The notes: generated by a model from the sequence alone, not told the origin. Numbered from the stretch's first letter, positions 1 through 10,866 are shown. The stretch: DNA of 58,739 nucleotides from Spirochaetota bacterium (GCA_024280415.1 JAJRQE010000026.1:1-58739); one strand, 5' to 3'. Numbers and translations are program-made.

Positions 1-276
1 ATTTGAATTTGCATATTTTATGGAATCCTCTTTATCTCTGAGCATACGCTTCCTGAAATTATCTGACTCTGCCTGTTTTCTCAGCATCTGATCTTTTAAT
101 TCTCGAATCTCGCTCTCCAGAGCAGAAATTCGATCCCGAAGCTGTTCCGCTTCCGGCTTTTCAATGGATTCTTCATGGTTCCCCTCTTCGGAGTCAGAAA
201 CCGTATCTACAGATTCTATATCGTCTGAACTTTCCTGCAGTATTTCTTTCCTAACTTTTCCCTGCTTCTTAGACAT
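1..276 (-). CDS. grpE: Nucleotide exchange factor GrpE, 5' part (runs off the window edge)
   Basis: Manual translation from ATG at 276 (SD GAGGG at 281-285): acidic N-terminus then LKDQMLRKQAESDNFRKRMLRDKEDSIKYAN, the GrpE long-helix motif. Confidence 0.85.
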   Translation of the reverse strand, partial: MSKKQGKVRKEILQESSDDIESVDTVSDSEEGNHEESIEKPEAEQLRDRISALESEIRELKDQMLRKQAESDNFRKRMLRDKEDSIKYANSN

Positions 277-380
277 ACTACCCTCATAAAACTTAATATT
301 TTTGCTGACAATTCAAAGATTTATTGTATGTCCTAAAAATACTAATCAACATAGAGACCGTCAAGCTTTTTAGAAAAAAG

Positions 381-3300
381 TTATTTCTTGGGAAGCAGCT
401 CCAAAATCAGTTCGACCTCACCTCTGGAGAGTTTTGTAGCACTGGCAATCTGCTGGATTGACCAGCCCTGATGGGCCAGACGGGTAACAACATCCCTTAC
501 ACCCAGCGGAGGTGCGCCTTTACTATCGGATCCAGGTTTATTTCCATCCTTCAAAATTGTTCCAAGAAGTTTTACCTGCTCCTCAGCCTGTCTGAAGACT
601 TCCTCCATACGGGTTTCCGTTTTTGCAAGCCACTCTCTGGCCTTCTGCATATTTTTAATACGGTTCTCGATATCCTTAAGAATAGCATCAAGCCCCTTAA
701 CCTGCTTTACAGTTTCTTCGGCCTTGGATTTATTTCTCGACAGTACCTCTATTTTTGAAGAAATATCATGAATTTTCTCAGGTATATTTGTGACCTCATC
801 ATTCAGAGTCCTAATCTGGTCATCCAGGTCACTCAAAAGCTGAAAATTCTTATCGACACTGATTGTTGTGTTTTCAATGATCTGATCCTTCTTTTCCAGA
901 CGTTCATACTTAAGGGCAACCTCTTTTTCCAGTTCCATAAGATTTCTTATTTTAACCTGAATAGCCTGAAGATCATCATGAGAGTTTGTAACCTGACTTA
1001 GTTTAGTATCCACAGACTGTGATATTATTATTAGTTTTTTAAAGTCTCCTTCCATCTCTTCAATATGCCGCTTCTCAGCAAGAAATCTGCTTAGTTTCGA
1101 ATTTACGTCTTCACCAAGTTTTTTAATGGAAGTAAACTTTCTTTCTGTTTCCCGAACCTCAGTACCCTGGGCTTCTACCCTTATAAGTTCTGTTTTAAGA
1201 TCCTCAATAGATTCCTGCAGATGAACTTTCAGGGAATCGGCACGATCAAAAATCTTGGTCTGACTAATAAACCCTTTCTGACGCTTATCAATTTCCTGGA
1301 GGTTAACTGCCAAAATTTTATAATTCTCTTCAATTTTTCCGTATAATTTTTTCTGGAGCTGATCCGTCTTGTCCTTTGTTTCGGAAGAGATCATCCTAAA
1401 ATCTTTTATCTTTTTATCAAACTCAATTTGCATATCTCTGTTTCGTTTTTGAATTTCCAGAATAAAAGTCTCATATTCCCGCTTAAAATTCTCCATAGAA
1501 GCTTCGGTTTTGTTACGAAGATCAGTCTCCAGCTGAATAACCCCTGAAGCATTTTCCTTCAGTTCATTCCTGATCCTGGCTCTTTCTTCCTGGGTGCTTA
1601 TAATAAGATCCTCTTTTTGTGACTCACAATCACTCTGAATCTGAGCAATATTGTTAAAGACATCCTTTTTCAGATCTTCATATCCTGATTTTATCTCTGT
1701 TTGGGACTCCTTCATTTCCTGTAGAATTTTAGCCTGCCAGAGGGTCAACTCTGACTGGACATTAGCAGTCAGCCCCAAAAGTTCTTTTCCCTTCTGGTCA
1801 ATATTTTCTCCAAGATCAGTGAGTCTTGTTCCAATTTCCCTGTCAGATTTTTTAAGCCGGGCACTTACTTCAGAATTATACTCTATAAACTCCCGGGAAA
1901 AAGCAGTCTTTGCACTCTCCTGAATTTCAACCAGTTCTTTTTTGATACTCTCTTCGGTCGATATAATAGAGGAATCTGACTGATTCATCCTCTCCTCAAT
2001 ACGAGTCTGAAAATCTGCAACCTGTGTTTCAAATTTCAATTGATTGGCAAAGATCCTTTCCTGCAGTTCTTCCAGACGACTTCTTAGTTTTTCACTGTAC
2101 TCTTTCTCAAGTCCCTCTCTTTTCTCATCTCCGGTTCTGGCAAGATCTTCCAGATTCTTATCAACTCCGCCCTGCCATTCTATCAGTTTTTCTTCCATTG
2201 CTATATTTCTGGTTTTTAGATCAGAAAAGAAATCATCTTCAAAAACCTTAAGCCCTTTGGCAACATTTTCGTATGCTCTGTTCTTCAATCCATTGAGTTC
2301 CAGTTCAAGATTATTTATCCCCTCATAGAGTTCAGTCATCTCCTCAGACATCTTCTGCTTGTATTCATCCTGCACCTGATTCTGCTGCTTCTCATAATCC
2401 CTGAAATCAGCCCCTATTCTTGTAACTGTCTGATCCATTGCGGCTCTAAGATTCTCTTCCAGAGAGTCCATATCCATACTTAAAGATTCAAGTTTGGTAA
2501 ATCTGTAATTTAGATTCTCTTCATATTCGTCAACCCGTGACTCCACGCCTAAGATTCTATCCCGGAGGGCAATATCTGAAGTTCCAAGATCAGCAGATAG
2601 TTTTTCCAGATCTTTTCTGCTCTTTTCTGCAATTGTCTCGTAGGTTTTACCAAATTCCTCCAGGCGATGAGATACGGATCTATTAATCTCGGAAAATGTA
2701 TCTTCAAAATCCTTTCTGAGCTTATCTGCATCCTGATCTATTTTATTCTTCACACTGTCAAAGGCCTGACCCTTCAGAGTGGCTCCTCTCTCCGAAGCAT
2801 CTTTAAGTGCATTTTCAAAAGAATCTTCTATCAATTTAGCCTCTGCTCCAAACTGCTCAATTTTCCCTTTGGAGACCTCTGCTACAGAGGAAAATGACTC
2901 AGATATTTTTTCAAAAGCTGCGTTCATCCCGGTTTCAATTCCATCAGCTTCTTCTGTTTTTCTTGCAAGTATAGTATCGAACCGGTCTGAGAGTTCAGCA
3001 GTAAGATGCTCCCCTGCCTGCTCTGTCTTATAAATCTGATCATCCAGAAATCTCCGGATAGATTCCTCAGTTTCCTTTTTCATTGACTCCCTGGTATTAT
3101 CAAGAGATTTGACCATCTCAGAAAACTCATTAATCCTGTTTTCACTGACAGAAATCTCATCCTGTATCCGGGAAACAACTTTCTGAGTATCTTTAAGAAC
3201 AACTGATCTGACAACCTTCAGTTCCTTAATATTCTCCTTTGCAAACTCAGATGTGAGCCCGGGGATAGCCTTTTCCAGCTTAACAATACTAAGGCCTGCT

Positions 3301-3713
3301 TCCTTGACCCTCTTTCCTACCTTATCCACAAATTCAGATTCTTCATGGAGTCTGTCCAGATTATTCTGAACCCTTCCTGTCATTTGGGTCAGTTCGTTCA
3401 GAGCCCTGTCATATTCATTTATTCTCTCATACATCTTCTCAATATAGGCAGCTTTGGACTCAAGATCCCCTTCTGCACCTGCAATTCTGTTTAAAATTGC
3501 CTTTCCGGTTTCCTGATGGACATCAAGTTCAATGGCAAAGTTCTTGACCTCTACAGTTTTACTCTCAATATAGCTGTCCAGCTCATCCTTAATTTTCTCA
3601 GAATAGCGTTTAATTTTTTCCAGAGAACGATTATTCTTATCCAGCTGTCTATATATTACAAGAACAATAGCAACAATAAAGAGAGTTATTATATTTCCAA
3701 CTGTAAATTCCAT
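381..3713 (-). CDS. Membrane-anchored long coiled-coil protein (SpiroCoCo-like) with C-terminal HTH-like domain
   Basis: N-terminal TM helix followed by RQLDKNNRSLEKIKRYS, about 1000 aa of heptad-rich sequence, C-terminal GWSIQQIASATKLSRGEVELILEL; ATG at 3713 has an AGGAG SD. Confidence 0.75.
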   Translation of the reverse strand: MEFTVGNIITLFIVAIVLVIYRQLDKNNRSLEKIKRYSEKIKDELDSYIESKTVEVKNFAIELDVHQETGKAILNRIAGAEGDLESKAAYIEKMYERINEYDRALNELTQMTGRVQNNLDRLHEESEFVDKVGKRVKEAGLSIVKLEKAIPGLTSEFAKENIKELKVVRSVVLKDTQKVVSRIQDEISVSENRINEFSEMVKSLDNTRESMKKETEESIRRFLDDQIYKTEQAGEHLTAELSDRFDTILARKTEEADGIETGMNAAFEKISESFSSVAEVSKGKIEQFGAEAKLIEDSFENALKDASERGATLKGQAFDSVKNKIDQDADKLRKDFEDTFSEINRSVSHRLEEFGKTYETIAEKSRKDLEKLSADLGTSDIALRDRILGVESRVDEYEENLNYRFTKLESLSMDMDSLEENLRAAMDQTVTRIGADFRDYEKQQNQVQDEYKQKMSEEMTELYEGINNLELELNGLKNRAYENVAKGLKVFEDDFFSDLKTRNIAMEEKLIEWQGGVDKNLEDLARTGDEKREGLEKEYSEKLRSRLEELQERIFANQLKFETQVADFQTRIEERMNQSDSSIISTEESIKKELVEIQESAKTAFSREFIEYNSEVSARLKKSDREIGTRLTDLGENIDQKGKELLGLTANVQSELTLWQAKILQEMKESQTEIKSGYEDLKKDVFNNIAQIQSDCESQKEDLIISTQEERARIRNELKENASGVIQLETDLRNKTEASMENFKREYETFILEIQKRNRDMQIEFDKKIKDFRMISSETKDKTDQLQKKLYGKIEENYKILAVNLQEIDKRQKGFISQTKIFDRADSLKVHLQESIEDLKTELIRVEAQGTEVRETERKFTSIKKLGEDVNSKLSRFLAEKRHIEEMEGDFKKLIIISQSVDTKLSQVTNSHDDLQAIQVKIRNLMELEKEVALKYERLEKKDQIIENTTISVDKNFQLLSDLDDQIRTLNDEVTNIPEKIHDISSKIEVLSRNKSKAEETVKQVKGLDAILKDIENRIKNMQKAREWLAKTETRMEEVFRQAEEQVKLLGTILKDGNKPGSDSKGAPPLGVRDVVTRLAHQGWSIQQIASATKLSRGEVELILELLPKK

Positions 3714-3781
3714 ACAAATCTCCTGGATGAGTAACAAGTAACGAACCGTCCTGACTATTTTTACCCATGAATGCTATGTTG

Positions 3782-4441
3782 TCAATTATTTAAAGATAAT
3801 ATCCAGTCCCGTAGGTCTAAAAAAGAGTAGAAGGAGAGATCGGCCAAACTTCCAGGTTCCGGTTTTTTGGTTAGATGTGCAGTATGCAGTCCGGCGTCTC
3901 TTGCACCGAGAATATCATATTTATAATTATTCCCGACATAGAGGATCTCAGAAGGAGAAATACCAAACTGGCTTATAAGATTGTTGAACGGAGCAGAATG
4001 AGGTTTAAGATGCCCCGTATCCTCTGACGAAAATGCAACTTCCATAAGATCCGAGAGACCAAGGAATTCCAGCTTCCGCTGTACAGGAAAATCGGAAAGA
4101 GCTCCCAGTTTTATACCTTCCCGCTGCAGGGAAAGGAGAGCGGGTCTGACATTCTTAAATGGTTTTAAACCTTTGAAGGAGTACTCCCAGTTCTGATACA
4201 GATGCCTTTCCATCAGTTCCGCGGCTTTTTCTTTTCTGATTTTCATTGAATAACCCAAAAGTTTTGCCTGAACATCCCTGAACTCACCTTCAAATTCAAT
4301 CTGCCGTATCTCTTTTCTGACTTTACTAAAATGGGCTACCAGCTTTGGATGTCTGAGAAAAGAGGATGCGGATCGGATATACATGGAAAGATTAGGGTAG
4401 AGTGTACCATCAATATCAAAACCTACTGCTTTTATTTTCAT
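3782..4441 (-). CDS. HAD-family hydrolase
   Basis: FDIDGTL motif I, LSD motif II, KP motif III and YVGNNYKYDILGA motif IV. Confidence 0.9.
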   Translation of the reverse strand: MKIKAVGFDIDGTLYPNLSMYIRSASSFLRHPKLVAHFSKVRKEIRQIEFEGEFRDVQAKLLGYSMKIRKEKAAELMERHLYQNWEYSFKGLKPFKNVRPALLSLQREGIKLGALSDFPVQRKLEFLGLSDLMEVAFSSEDTGHLKPHSAPFNNLISQFGISPSEILYVGNNYKYDILGARDAGLHTAHLTKKPEPGSLADLSFYSFLDLRDWILSLNN

Positions 4442-4447
4442 ATTTTT

Positions 4448-5359
4448 TTATTTCGCCTTAAAAATTAGTGTAATTGTCCCCTTAACATTATCACTGCCCG
4501 GAGAACCGTTAAACATCCATGACCTGAGTGCGTTCCGGATACTTGTTTCAACACTAGGATATACTGTCGGAGGGGTAATGCTCAATACCTTAACAACTCC
4601 ATCTGAATTTAGTTCAAACCGAATTGTAAATTTTATTTCAGAGGGAAATTCCCAGGGAAGATCATTGGGGAATTGGGGACGAGGACTACTAACCAGTTCC
4701 CGTTTAACATCTCCTCTGTCAAATTTAAAACTATCATCGAGGTATCGGGGACGAATATTTTCTGTATCAGAAGGAGTATCCGAATCAGGATAATTATAGG
4801 TTTCTGAATTTGAAAAAGAGTCCTCTAAAGCAGTAATATCACTTTCGGAAACAATAGATGAACCGAAAGGAGTCTGCACAGAACCAGCATCATTTTTAAT
4901 AATTTCAGGGTTGTCAATACTTTCAAACTCAATTCTATTCTCTCCGGGAACGAAGGGTTTATCCTCTTTTACTGCATCTGTTGGGGGTACATAAGCAGGA
5001 GCATTAACCTCCTCACGAATAAAGAGATCATCATAGGCATCAGGAATAGAGGCAGGGACTATCTCCACTTCATTACCCGAAGTTTCCTCCCCCTTAGCAG
5101 GGCTATCCGAAATAAACACTGACTTATCTTCCATGGCAGGTTTAGTTTCATCTGGCAGAATTTCTTCGGAGACTACTTTCTTATCCTGGGGCGAGTATTC
5201 GGGGTTCTTTATAATTCTGACAGTTACCGGCTCATAGTCAGACAAATTTTCTGATTCCGGGAACCAGTCAAAGAGATTCATCAGGAAAAATAAAAAAAGG
5301 TGAAAGACTATACTGATTGCTATAGCCCTAAATAAGCGGCTGGAATCGGAATTTATCAA
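4448..5359 (-). CDS. TonB/TolA-like energy transducer
   Basis: N-terminal TM with SxxxH (SIVFH), Pro/acid-rich linker, C-terminal TonB_C-like segment (P.FP...IRFELNSDGVV...ALRSWMF); directly after exbD. Confidence 0.75.
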   Translation of the reverse strand: MINSDSSRLFRAIAISIVFHLFLFFLMNLFDWFPESENLSDYEPVTVRIIKNPEYSPQDKKVVSEEILPDETKPAMEDKSVFISDSPAKGEETSGNEVEIVPASIPDAYDDLFIREEVNAPAYVPPTDAVKEDKPFVPGENRIEFESIDNPEIIKNDAGSVQTPFGSSIVSESDITALEDSFSNSETYNYPDSDTPSDTENIRPRYLDDSFKFDRGDVKRELVSSPRPQFPNDLPWEFPSEIKFTIRFELNSDGVVKVLSITPPTVYPSVETSIRNALRSWMFNGSPGSDNVKGTITLIFKAK

Positions 5360-5763
5360 TTTACAGAGTCCCTCATTCGTAAACTAATTCCTGTAAACCC
5401 CTTTAGCCTGAGAACATCCAGGATTTCAACCATCGTATTATAGCTGACGCCCCTGTCACCTTCAATAATCACATTCTGAACAGTCTCCTCATTTAGAGGT
5501 AACTTTCCAAGAAGATCCCCCAATATGGAAATTGATACAGGATCTTCATTTAGATAGATCTCATTATCAGAGATAGCTGTTATAATAATACTCGTCAGCA
5601 CTACAGGTTCCGCACTGGTAGAATCCGGAAGTTCAAGGGATATCCCTGGGGTAACAAGAAATGTGCTGGAAACCATGAAAAAAACTACAAGCTGAAAAAT
5701 AACATCAATCATCGGTATCAGATCGACTGTAGCTACAGGTTTCAGGCGACGTTTAAAGACCAT
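5356..5763 (-). CDS. exbD: Biopolymer transporter ExbD/TolR
   Basis: DLIPMIDVIFQLVVFFMV TM with conserved Asp, and IEGDRGVSY motif. Confidence 0.92.
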   Translation of the reverse strand: MVFKRRLKPVATVDLIPMIDVIFQLVVFFMVSSTFLVTPGISLELPDSTSAEPVVLTSIIITAISDNEIYLNEDPVSISILGDLLGKLPLNEETVQNVIIEGDRGVSYNTMVEILDVLRLKGFTGISLRMRDSVN

Positions 5764-6371
5764 TATTCATCTGCTCCGAAGAATAAAACCATATCATTGA
5801 CCCTGTTCTCAAGGCTTGTAATTGTATTGTTTACCTTTCCAACCAGATAATTGTAGAAGGCAATGGCTGGAATTGACACCACAATACCCGCTGCAGTCGT
5901 AAGAAGAGCCTCAGAGATTCCAGTGGCAAGAAGGGAGGGATCCCCTACAGACCCGAACTGTCCCAAAACCCCAAATGCCTTAATATTACCCGTCACAGTT
6001 CCAAGAAGTCCAAGGAGGGGGGAGATATGTGCTATGGTTCCAAGAGAAGTAAGATATCGTTCAAGATGGGGAACTTCAAGGTTTGCGGCAGCAAGAATAG
6101 ACTCTTTAATTTCCGTTTTCCCATAATTTCGGTGCTCAATACCCACTTTCATAAGGTTGGAAAGGGGGGTCGTATTGTTTTCACATATATCCAGAGCTTC
6201 ATCAAAATGTCTCTTTTGAATTGCAGATTTTAAACGGTCAATAAATTGCTCCTCATCCATCCTTATTCTGCGGTAAAACAAGAGACGTTCCACAATTATA
6301 ATTCCTGCTATAACAGAGAGAAGAAGGATAAGCACCATAACAGGGCCACCTTTCGAAATAAGTACAAACAT
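5763..6371 (-). CDS. exbB: MotA/TolQ/ExbB proton channel protein
   Basis: LGTIAHISPLLGLLGTVTG and GISEALLTTAAG motifs; start at 6371 chosen from SD spacing (the ORF extends to 6377). Confidence 0.92.
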   Translation of the reverse strand: MFVLISKGGPVMVLILLLSVIAGIIIVERLLFYRRIRMDEEQFIDRLKSAIQKRHFDEALDICENNTTPLSNLMKVGIEHRNYGKTEIKESILAAANLEVPHLERYLTSLGTIAHISPLLGLLGTVTGNIKAFGVLGQFGSVGDPSLLATGISEALLTTAAGIVVSIPAIAFYNYLVGKVNNTITSLENRVNDMVLFFGADE

Positions 6372-6430
6372 CACCATAACTCCTTACTTGATAATTCCAT
6401 TTTGAATATCACTTTAATATTTCCGGTATT

Positions 6431-7984
6431 CTACAATGATATTTTTGTCTTAAGGGTAAGTCTGCCGCCATCAGCAATGTAGTTTCCCCATAAATATCTG
6501 TCGGCAGCAAAAAAACCAAAAATGTCTGTTCCCTCAAGTATAAGCTCCACTCCTTCACTCAGGATATAATTGGCTCCCACTGAGACAGAAGGAACAGAAA
6601 CAGGGGGCAGTGGATTAAAATCACCGGAAACAAACAATCCCCAGTCCTCTTTGCTATATTCAATCTCAGAATGGATGGACAGTAAAGGGTTTAAAACAAC
6701 TTTATCATCCAGAAGCTGTCCACTCAGGGAAAGCAGAACTGAAAAATTACGGCTAAAATTAAAATTTGCAAATCCTGATAGATCCAGAAAGGTTACCTTA
6801 CCGGCAGAAACACTAAAAAGACCTGTATTACTATTAAAGGAATCAAGGTTTGCAGAAATATAATTCTCCATATTCCTATAGATCCAGGAAAACCCAATTT
6901 CCAGCTTACTTACAGGAGAAAATCCCAGGGAACCATCCAAAAACCATTTCCGGTCAACACCGTCTCCCAATCCTGAATAGGGATACTTTTCCCAATTTTT
7001 ATAGTTGGAATAATAATCAAGGGAATATCCTCCCGACATCTGATACCGGAAATAATTATTTACAGCTCCGGACAAAGCAAGTTCAAAGGGATAAGCGACA
7101 GGTGTACCGGGAGCCCAGAATAAACCTACAGAAGCAGAAATATCAACTGTCGAAAGTAAAAAGTCTATCAGAAGATCACTTGTAAATATATTCCTGTTCA
7201 GACTACTCTCCTGTTTATATACATACCCTGCTTTAAGGGTAAGAGCCATCCAGTCTTTACTCCAGCCCATTCCGCCATCGAAATCAAAAACAGTTTCGTT
7301 AAAACTTTCAGGAATTTCTCCTGAAATAGTTTTCCCTGCAATTTTTACATTGGCATTACCTGTCCATTCAAAATAGTCCTTTACAATGAATCCCAAATTA
7401 ATATTTTTCAAACGATCAATTACGGAACCGTGATCAGGAACCAGCTGCTGCAGACCATTTTCCGTCTCAATAAATTGTCCCGAGGCTGATACAGAAAAAT
7501 TATCATCACCTCTTTCAAAATCGCCCTGAAAAGTTTCGTTCCGTGAAAAATAACCTGTCCCGGGGTCGTTCCTACCAAAACCATCCAGACCTTCATGAGC
7601 AAAGGAAAGGGAAAATCTCAGGTTACTCCCAAGGCTGTAAAGTGAAATATTTCCTGCCAAATGATTTTTGAGTCCTATTCCAAGCATTCCTTCACTAAAA
7701 AAAGATGATTTTTCCCTATAATTATACTCTACAAAATCAGGCAAAGGCAGATCAAAACCAATCTCTCCAATTGGAATCTCATCCGGATCCGAAAGGGTAA
7801 TTTCAAAATCAGGAAGGACAATCTCCTCATAATCAGGAACAACCAATTCTATTACCTGTTCTGATCTTCCCTCAAACTCAACAACAATGGGAGGAATTAT
7901 TAAATCTATTGAGGAAGGAGCATCGCTCTGGGCATAAAGAGTCAATCCAAGAATTAAATATAATAATATAAATCCCTTTCTCAT
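6431..7984 (-). CDS. Putative outer-membrane beta-barrel protein
   Basis: Signal peptide, alternating hydrophobic/aromatic beta-strand pattern, C-terminal LTLKTKISL strand. Confidence 0.6.
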   Translation of the reverse strand: MRKGFILLYLILGLTLYAQSDAPSSIDLIIPPIVVEFEGRSEQVIELVVPDYEEIVLPDFEITLSDPDEIPIGEIGFDLPLPDFVEYNYREKSSFFSEGMLGIGLKNHLAGNISLYSLGSNLRFSLSFAHEGLDGFGRNDPGTGYFSRNETFQGDFERGDDNFSVSASGQFIETENGLQQLVPDHGSVIDRLKNINLGFIVKDYFEWTGNANVKIAGKTISGEIPESFNETVFDFDGGMGWSKDWMALTLKAGYVYKQESSLNRNIFTSDLLIDFLLSTVDISASVGLFWAPGTPVAYPFELALSGAVNNYFRYQMSGGYSLDYYSNYKNWEKYPYSGLGDGVDRKWFLDGSLGFSPVSKLEIGFSWIYRNMENYISANLDSFNSNTGLFSVSAGKVTFLDLSGFANFNFSRNFSVLLSLSGQLLDDKVVLNPLLSIHSEIEYSKEDWGLFVSGDFNPLPPVSVPSVSVGANYILSEGVELILEGTDIFGFFAADRYLWGNYIADGGRLTLKTKISL

Positions 7985-10866
7985 TTTGCCCTCTCAAGAA
8001 CGGAACGGCCCTCTGTCAGCCATTCCGATGAAGGGAAATTACTCTCCAGCAGACGAATCATCCTTTCTGCACTATTAATATCCCCAGCTGCAACAGCCAT
8101 TTCTGTAGCCCGGAGGAGTGACATCCCTGCAAGATCCCTGTTCCCCGGATTAACCATAGCTGCATCCAGATAAGACTTCGCAGCTCTGGAATAGTCTTTT
8201 CCAAGAAAATAAAATTCACCCAGATAGTAAAGAGCCCTGGATGCAGGAGAAGGGTATTTATCCCTTAGTTCAGCTACTGTACTCAGAAGCTTAAAAGCAT
8301 CCTTCTGCCTGTCATTATACTTATACAGATAGATCCTGGCTAACTCAATATGTGCATCTCTTGATTCCGCCGTCTCCAGCCCGTCATTTTCTATTATTAC
8401 AAGAAGATCTGCTTCCATTGACGCAACCCCGCTTTGAAGAAGATTGAGCTTCTGGATTTGTTCGCTAATTTCTTTAATATTATCCGAATCGGAATAGTTT
8501 GTTAAATACTCACTGTAGAAGGCAAGGGCTTTTCTATATTCTCCTTCGCCTGCATAAAACCCGGCAATTTTCTGTGTCGCCTTAGCCCTGAAATTACTTT
8601 CCGGATATTCATCCAGCAGTTTTTCAAGCAGAAGGATAGCTCCATAGACCTCATCCAGCTTCTCATCTGCCTCTGCACCCCAATAGAGAGAAACATCGCC
8701 CAGGTTTCCTTTGGGGAACTTAAGACGCTGAAAATAAAAAGCCTCTCCAGCTTCATTGTAATTCTTATTCTGAAAATATATTTCCCCTACCCTGAACAGA
8801 GCTTCCTCGCCGAGAGGACTGGTAGGATAGCGTTTATATAATTCCCTGTATGCAGAAACTGCAAGCATCGGCTTTTCCAGTTCCTCCAGGATTTGTCCAT
8901 GGGCGAAAAGGGAACTATCTGCATAGGGAGAATCTCCATATTTTGTATACAAATTCTGAAAAATAACTTCTGCTTTATTCAAAGATCTCCCTGCATACAG
9001 TGATTTACCGTAAAAATACAAGCCTTTAACTTTATCCAGACCTTTTGAACGGGAACTAAAATCTGCAAAATATTGGGCCCCTTCGGTATATCTTTCAAGA
9101 AGATAGAGTGACCACCCTGAAAAATAGAGTGAATCCACATAGACACTGCTGTCCGGATAATCTCTTGTAATAAGTTCAAACCATTTAAATGAATCCTGAT
9201 ACTTCGAAAGCCTGTAAGAGGACCATCCACTGTAATATGCAATATAGGGATAAACAGAATCCAAATCAGACAACTTCAAAGAATCCAGACTAATCTCTGA
9301 AAGATATTCAAGGCCCTCCTCAAATTTCCCCTCTGCAATCGCAGCCAAACCGGCAATATATTCAATAAGGAGAGTGTAGGGATCCTGACTATTTATAATT
9401 TCAGAGCTTTCAAATTTCTTGAAAGTATCCTCAACATTTCCATAATTACCCTGATTGAACTGCAGCTTAATAATCTCAAACCAAATTTCAGGATTTTTTT
9501 CATCAAAGGGAAGATATTCATTGAACATATCCAGGGCTTTTGAAAATTTTTCAAGTTTAACATAAACCCTGGCGCTTAGAAGTATAAAATCATTTGTAAA
9601 TTCCCCTCCCCGCCCTTCGGAAAGTATAGAGTCAATAAAGGAGGATCCCGCCTGATACCTGCCTGTCATATATAGAGTATAGGCATACATCCAGGCAGCA
9701 TTGCTGAAATAATCTGACTCTTTAAATGAGAGTAGAAATTCCTTCAGATTTAACTCTGCTTCCATCCACTTTTTATCTTCAACAAGAACAGTAGAAAGGG
9801 TGTATAGTAACAGCTCATCACTTACTAAACTGGAATCATTGAAAGCTGTGAGTATCTTCACAGCTCCTTCTCGATCACCCTTCCTAACAAGCATTTTTGC
9901 CAGGTAAACCGGAACCAGACTGTTTACATCTGAAATCTCACTGGTTCTCCAGATTCGCTCAAGATATGAGGCTGCAATTTCAAAATATCCGTTTTTATAA
10001 TTGTCAATTCCTACTCTGAGGAGAAATTCATTGAGGAGAACGGGAAATCCAGCTAGCTGAATTTGTGCTTTATCAAGGATATCCTTCTGACGATCATTGT
10101 CATCATGATAAATAGAAAAAAGCCGAATAAAAGCAACTGAAGCAACATCCGGTTCCCCGGTTAGAATTTCCTGATACAGAACTGCAGCCTCAGGTAGATT
10201 ATCCGTTTTATATAGACTTTCGGCACGTATAAGATTGATTCGATCCATCCATACCTTTTCGAAAATGCCTCCGGAAATCCCTCTGGATTTTACAGCTATG
10301 TCATTATACCTGCCAATCTTCTCAAGAAGGGAAAGATAATATGTAATCAGATAGGGATCATCATAAATACCTGTGTTTCTGCTGAACCATCTGTCCAGAA
10401 TTGATACTGCAGAACCGGTACGTCCTGCAAGATATTCAGATTTTGCATAGTAAAGGATAGCTTCCCTGTAGAGTGACCCAGGGTTATTTTCCAGAAAAGA
10501 TGCAAACAGCTCCGAAGAACTATCCCACCTACCCTGCTTAAATTTAATGAGCCCTCTCCAGAAGGGAAGATAAACCGCAAATCTGGAATTCATATATCTT
10601 TTCTCAATACGGTCAAAGAGCCTTTCAGCTTCCTCAAGCTTCCCTAACCTCAGAGTAATTACAGCAATTCTAAAATGTGCATCCGGGACATAGAGCGATA
10701 AAGGATATTCCTGCAGCAAATCATCATAACGCTTTAAGGCAAAATCAAGTTCACCCTTATTATACCTGCTCTCTGCTTCATCAAAGAGTATCCGTTCAGG
10801 AGAGAGGGCAAATAAAGAAGCAGAAAAGATAATAAATAGAATAACTAACAACAACAATTTTCTCAT
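7981..10866 (-). CDS. Large exported tetratricopeptide-repeat protein (BamD/CpoB-type repeats)
   Basis: Signal peptide MRKLLLLVILF...SLFA; many YPxS-type TPR repeats; ATG at 10866 sits 7 nt after a well-spaced promoter. Confidence 0.85.
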   Translation of the reverse strand: MRKLLLLVILFIIFSASLFALSPERILFDEAESRYNKGELDFALKRYDDLLQEYPLSLYVPDAHFRIAVITLRLGKLEEAERLFDRIEKRYMNSRFAVYLPFWRGLIKFKQGRWDSSSELFASFLENNPGSLYREAILYYAKSEYLAGRTGSAVSILDRWFSRNTGIYDDPYLITYYLSLLEKIGRYNDIAVKSRGISGGIFEKVWMDRINLIRAESLYKTDNLPEAAVLYQEILTGEPDVASVAFIRLFSIYHDDNDRQKDILDKAQIQLAGFPVLLNEFLLRVGIDNYKNGYFEIAASYLERIWRTSEISDVNSLVPVYLAKMLVRKGDREGAVKILTAFNDSSLVSDELLLYTLSTVLVEDKKWMEAELNLKEFLLSFKESDYFSNAAWMYAYTLYMTGRYQAGSSFIDSILSEGRGGEFTNDFILLSARVYVKLEKFSKALDMFNEYLPFDEKNPEIWFEIIKLQFNQGNYGNVEDTFKKFESSEIINSQDPYTLLIEYIAGLAAIAEGKFEEGLEYLSEISLDSLKLSDLDSVYPYIAYYSGWSSYRLSKYQDSFKWFELITRDYPDSSVYVDSLYFSGWSLYLLERYTEGAQYFADFSSRSKGLDKVKGLYFYGKSLYAGRSLNKAEVIFQNLYTKYGDSPYADSSLFAHGQILEELEKPMLAVSAYRELYKRYPTSPLGEEALFRVGEIYFQNKNYNEAGEAFYFQRLKFPKGNLGDVSLYWGAEADEKLDEVYGAILLLEKLLDEYPESNFRAKATQKIAGFYAGEGEYRKALAFYSEYLTNYSDSDNIKEISEQIQKLNLLQSGVASMEADLLVIIENDGLETAESRDAHIELARIYLYKYNDRQKDAFKLLSTVAELRDKYPSPASRALYYLGEFYFLGKDYSRAAKSYLDAAMVNPGNRDLAGMSLLRATEMAVAAGDINSAERMIRLLESNFPSSEWLTEGRSVLERAK

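Noticed and set aside
277-380. CIRCE operator upstream of grpE
   Set aside because: No TTAGCACTC-N9-GAGTGCTAA match; only a weak TTGACG-17 bp-TATTTT promoter candidate
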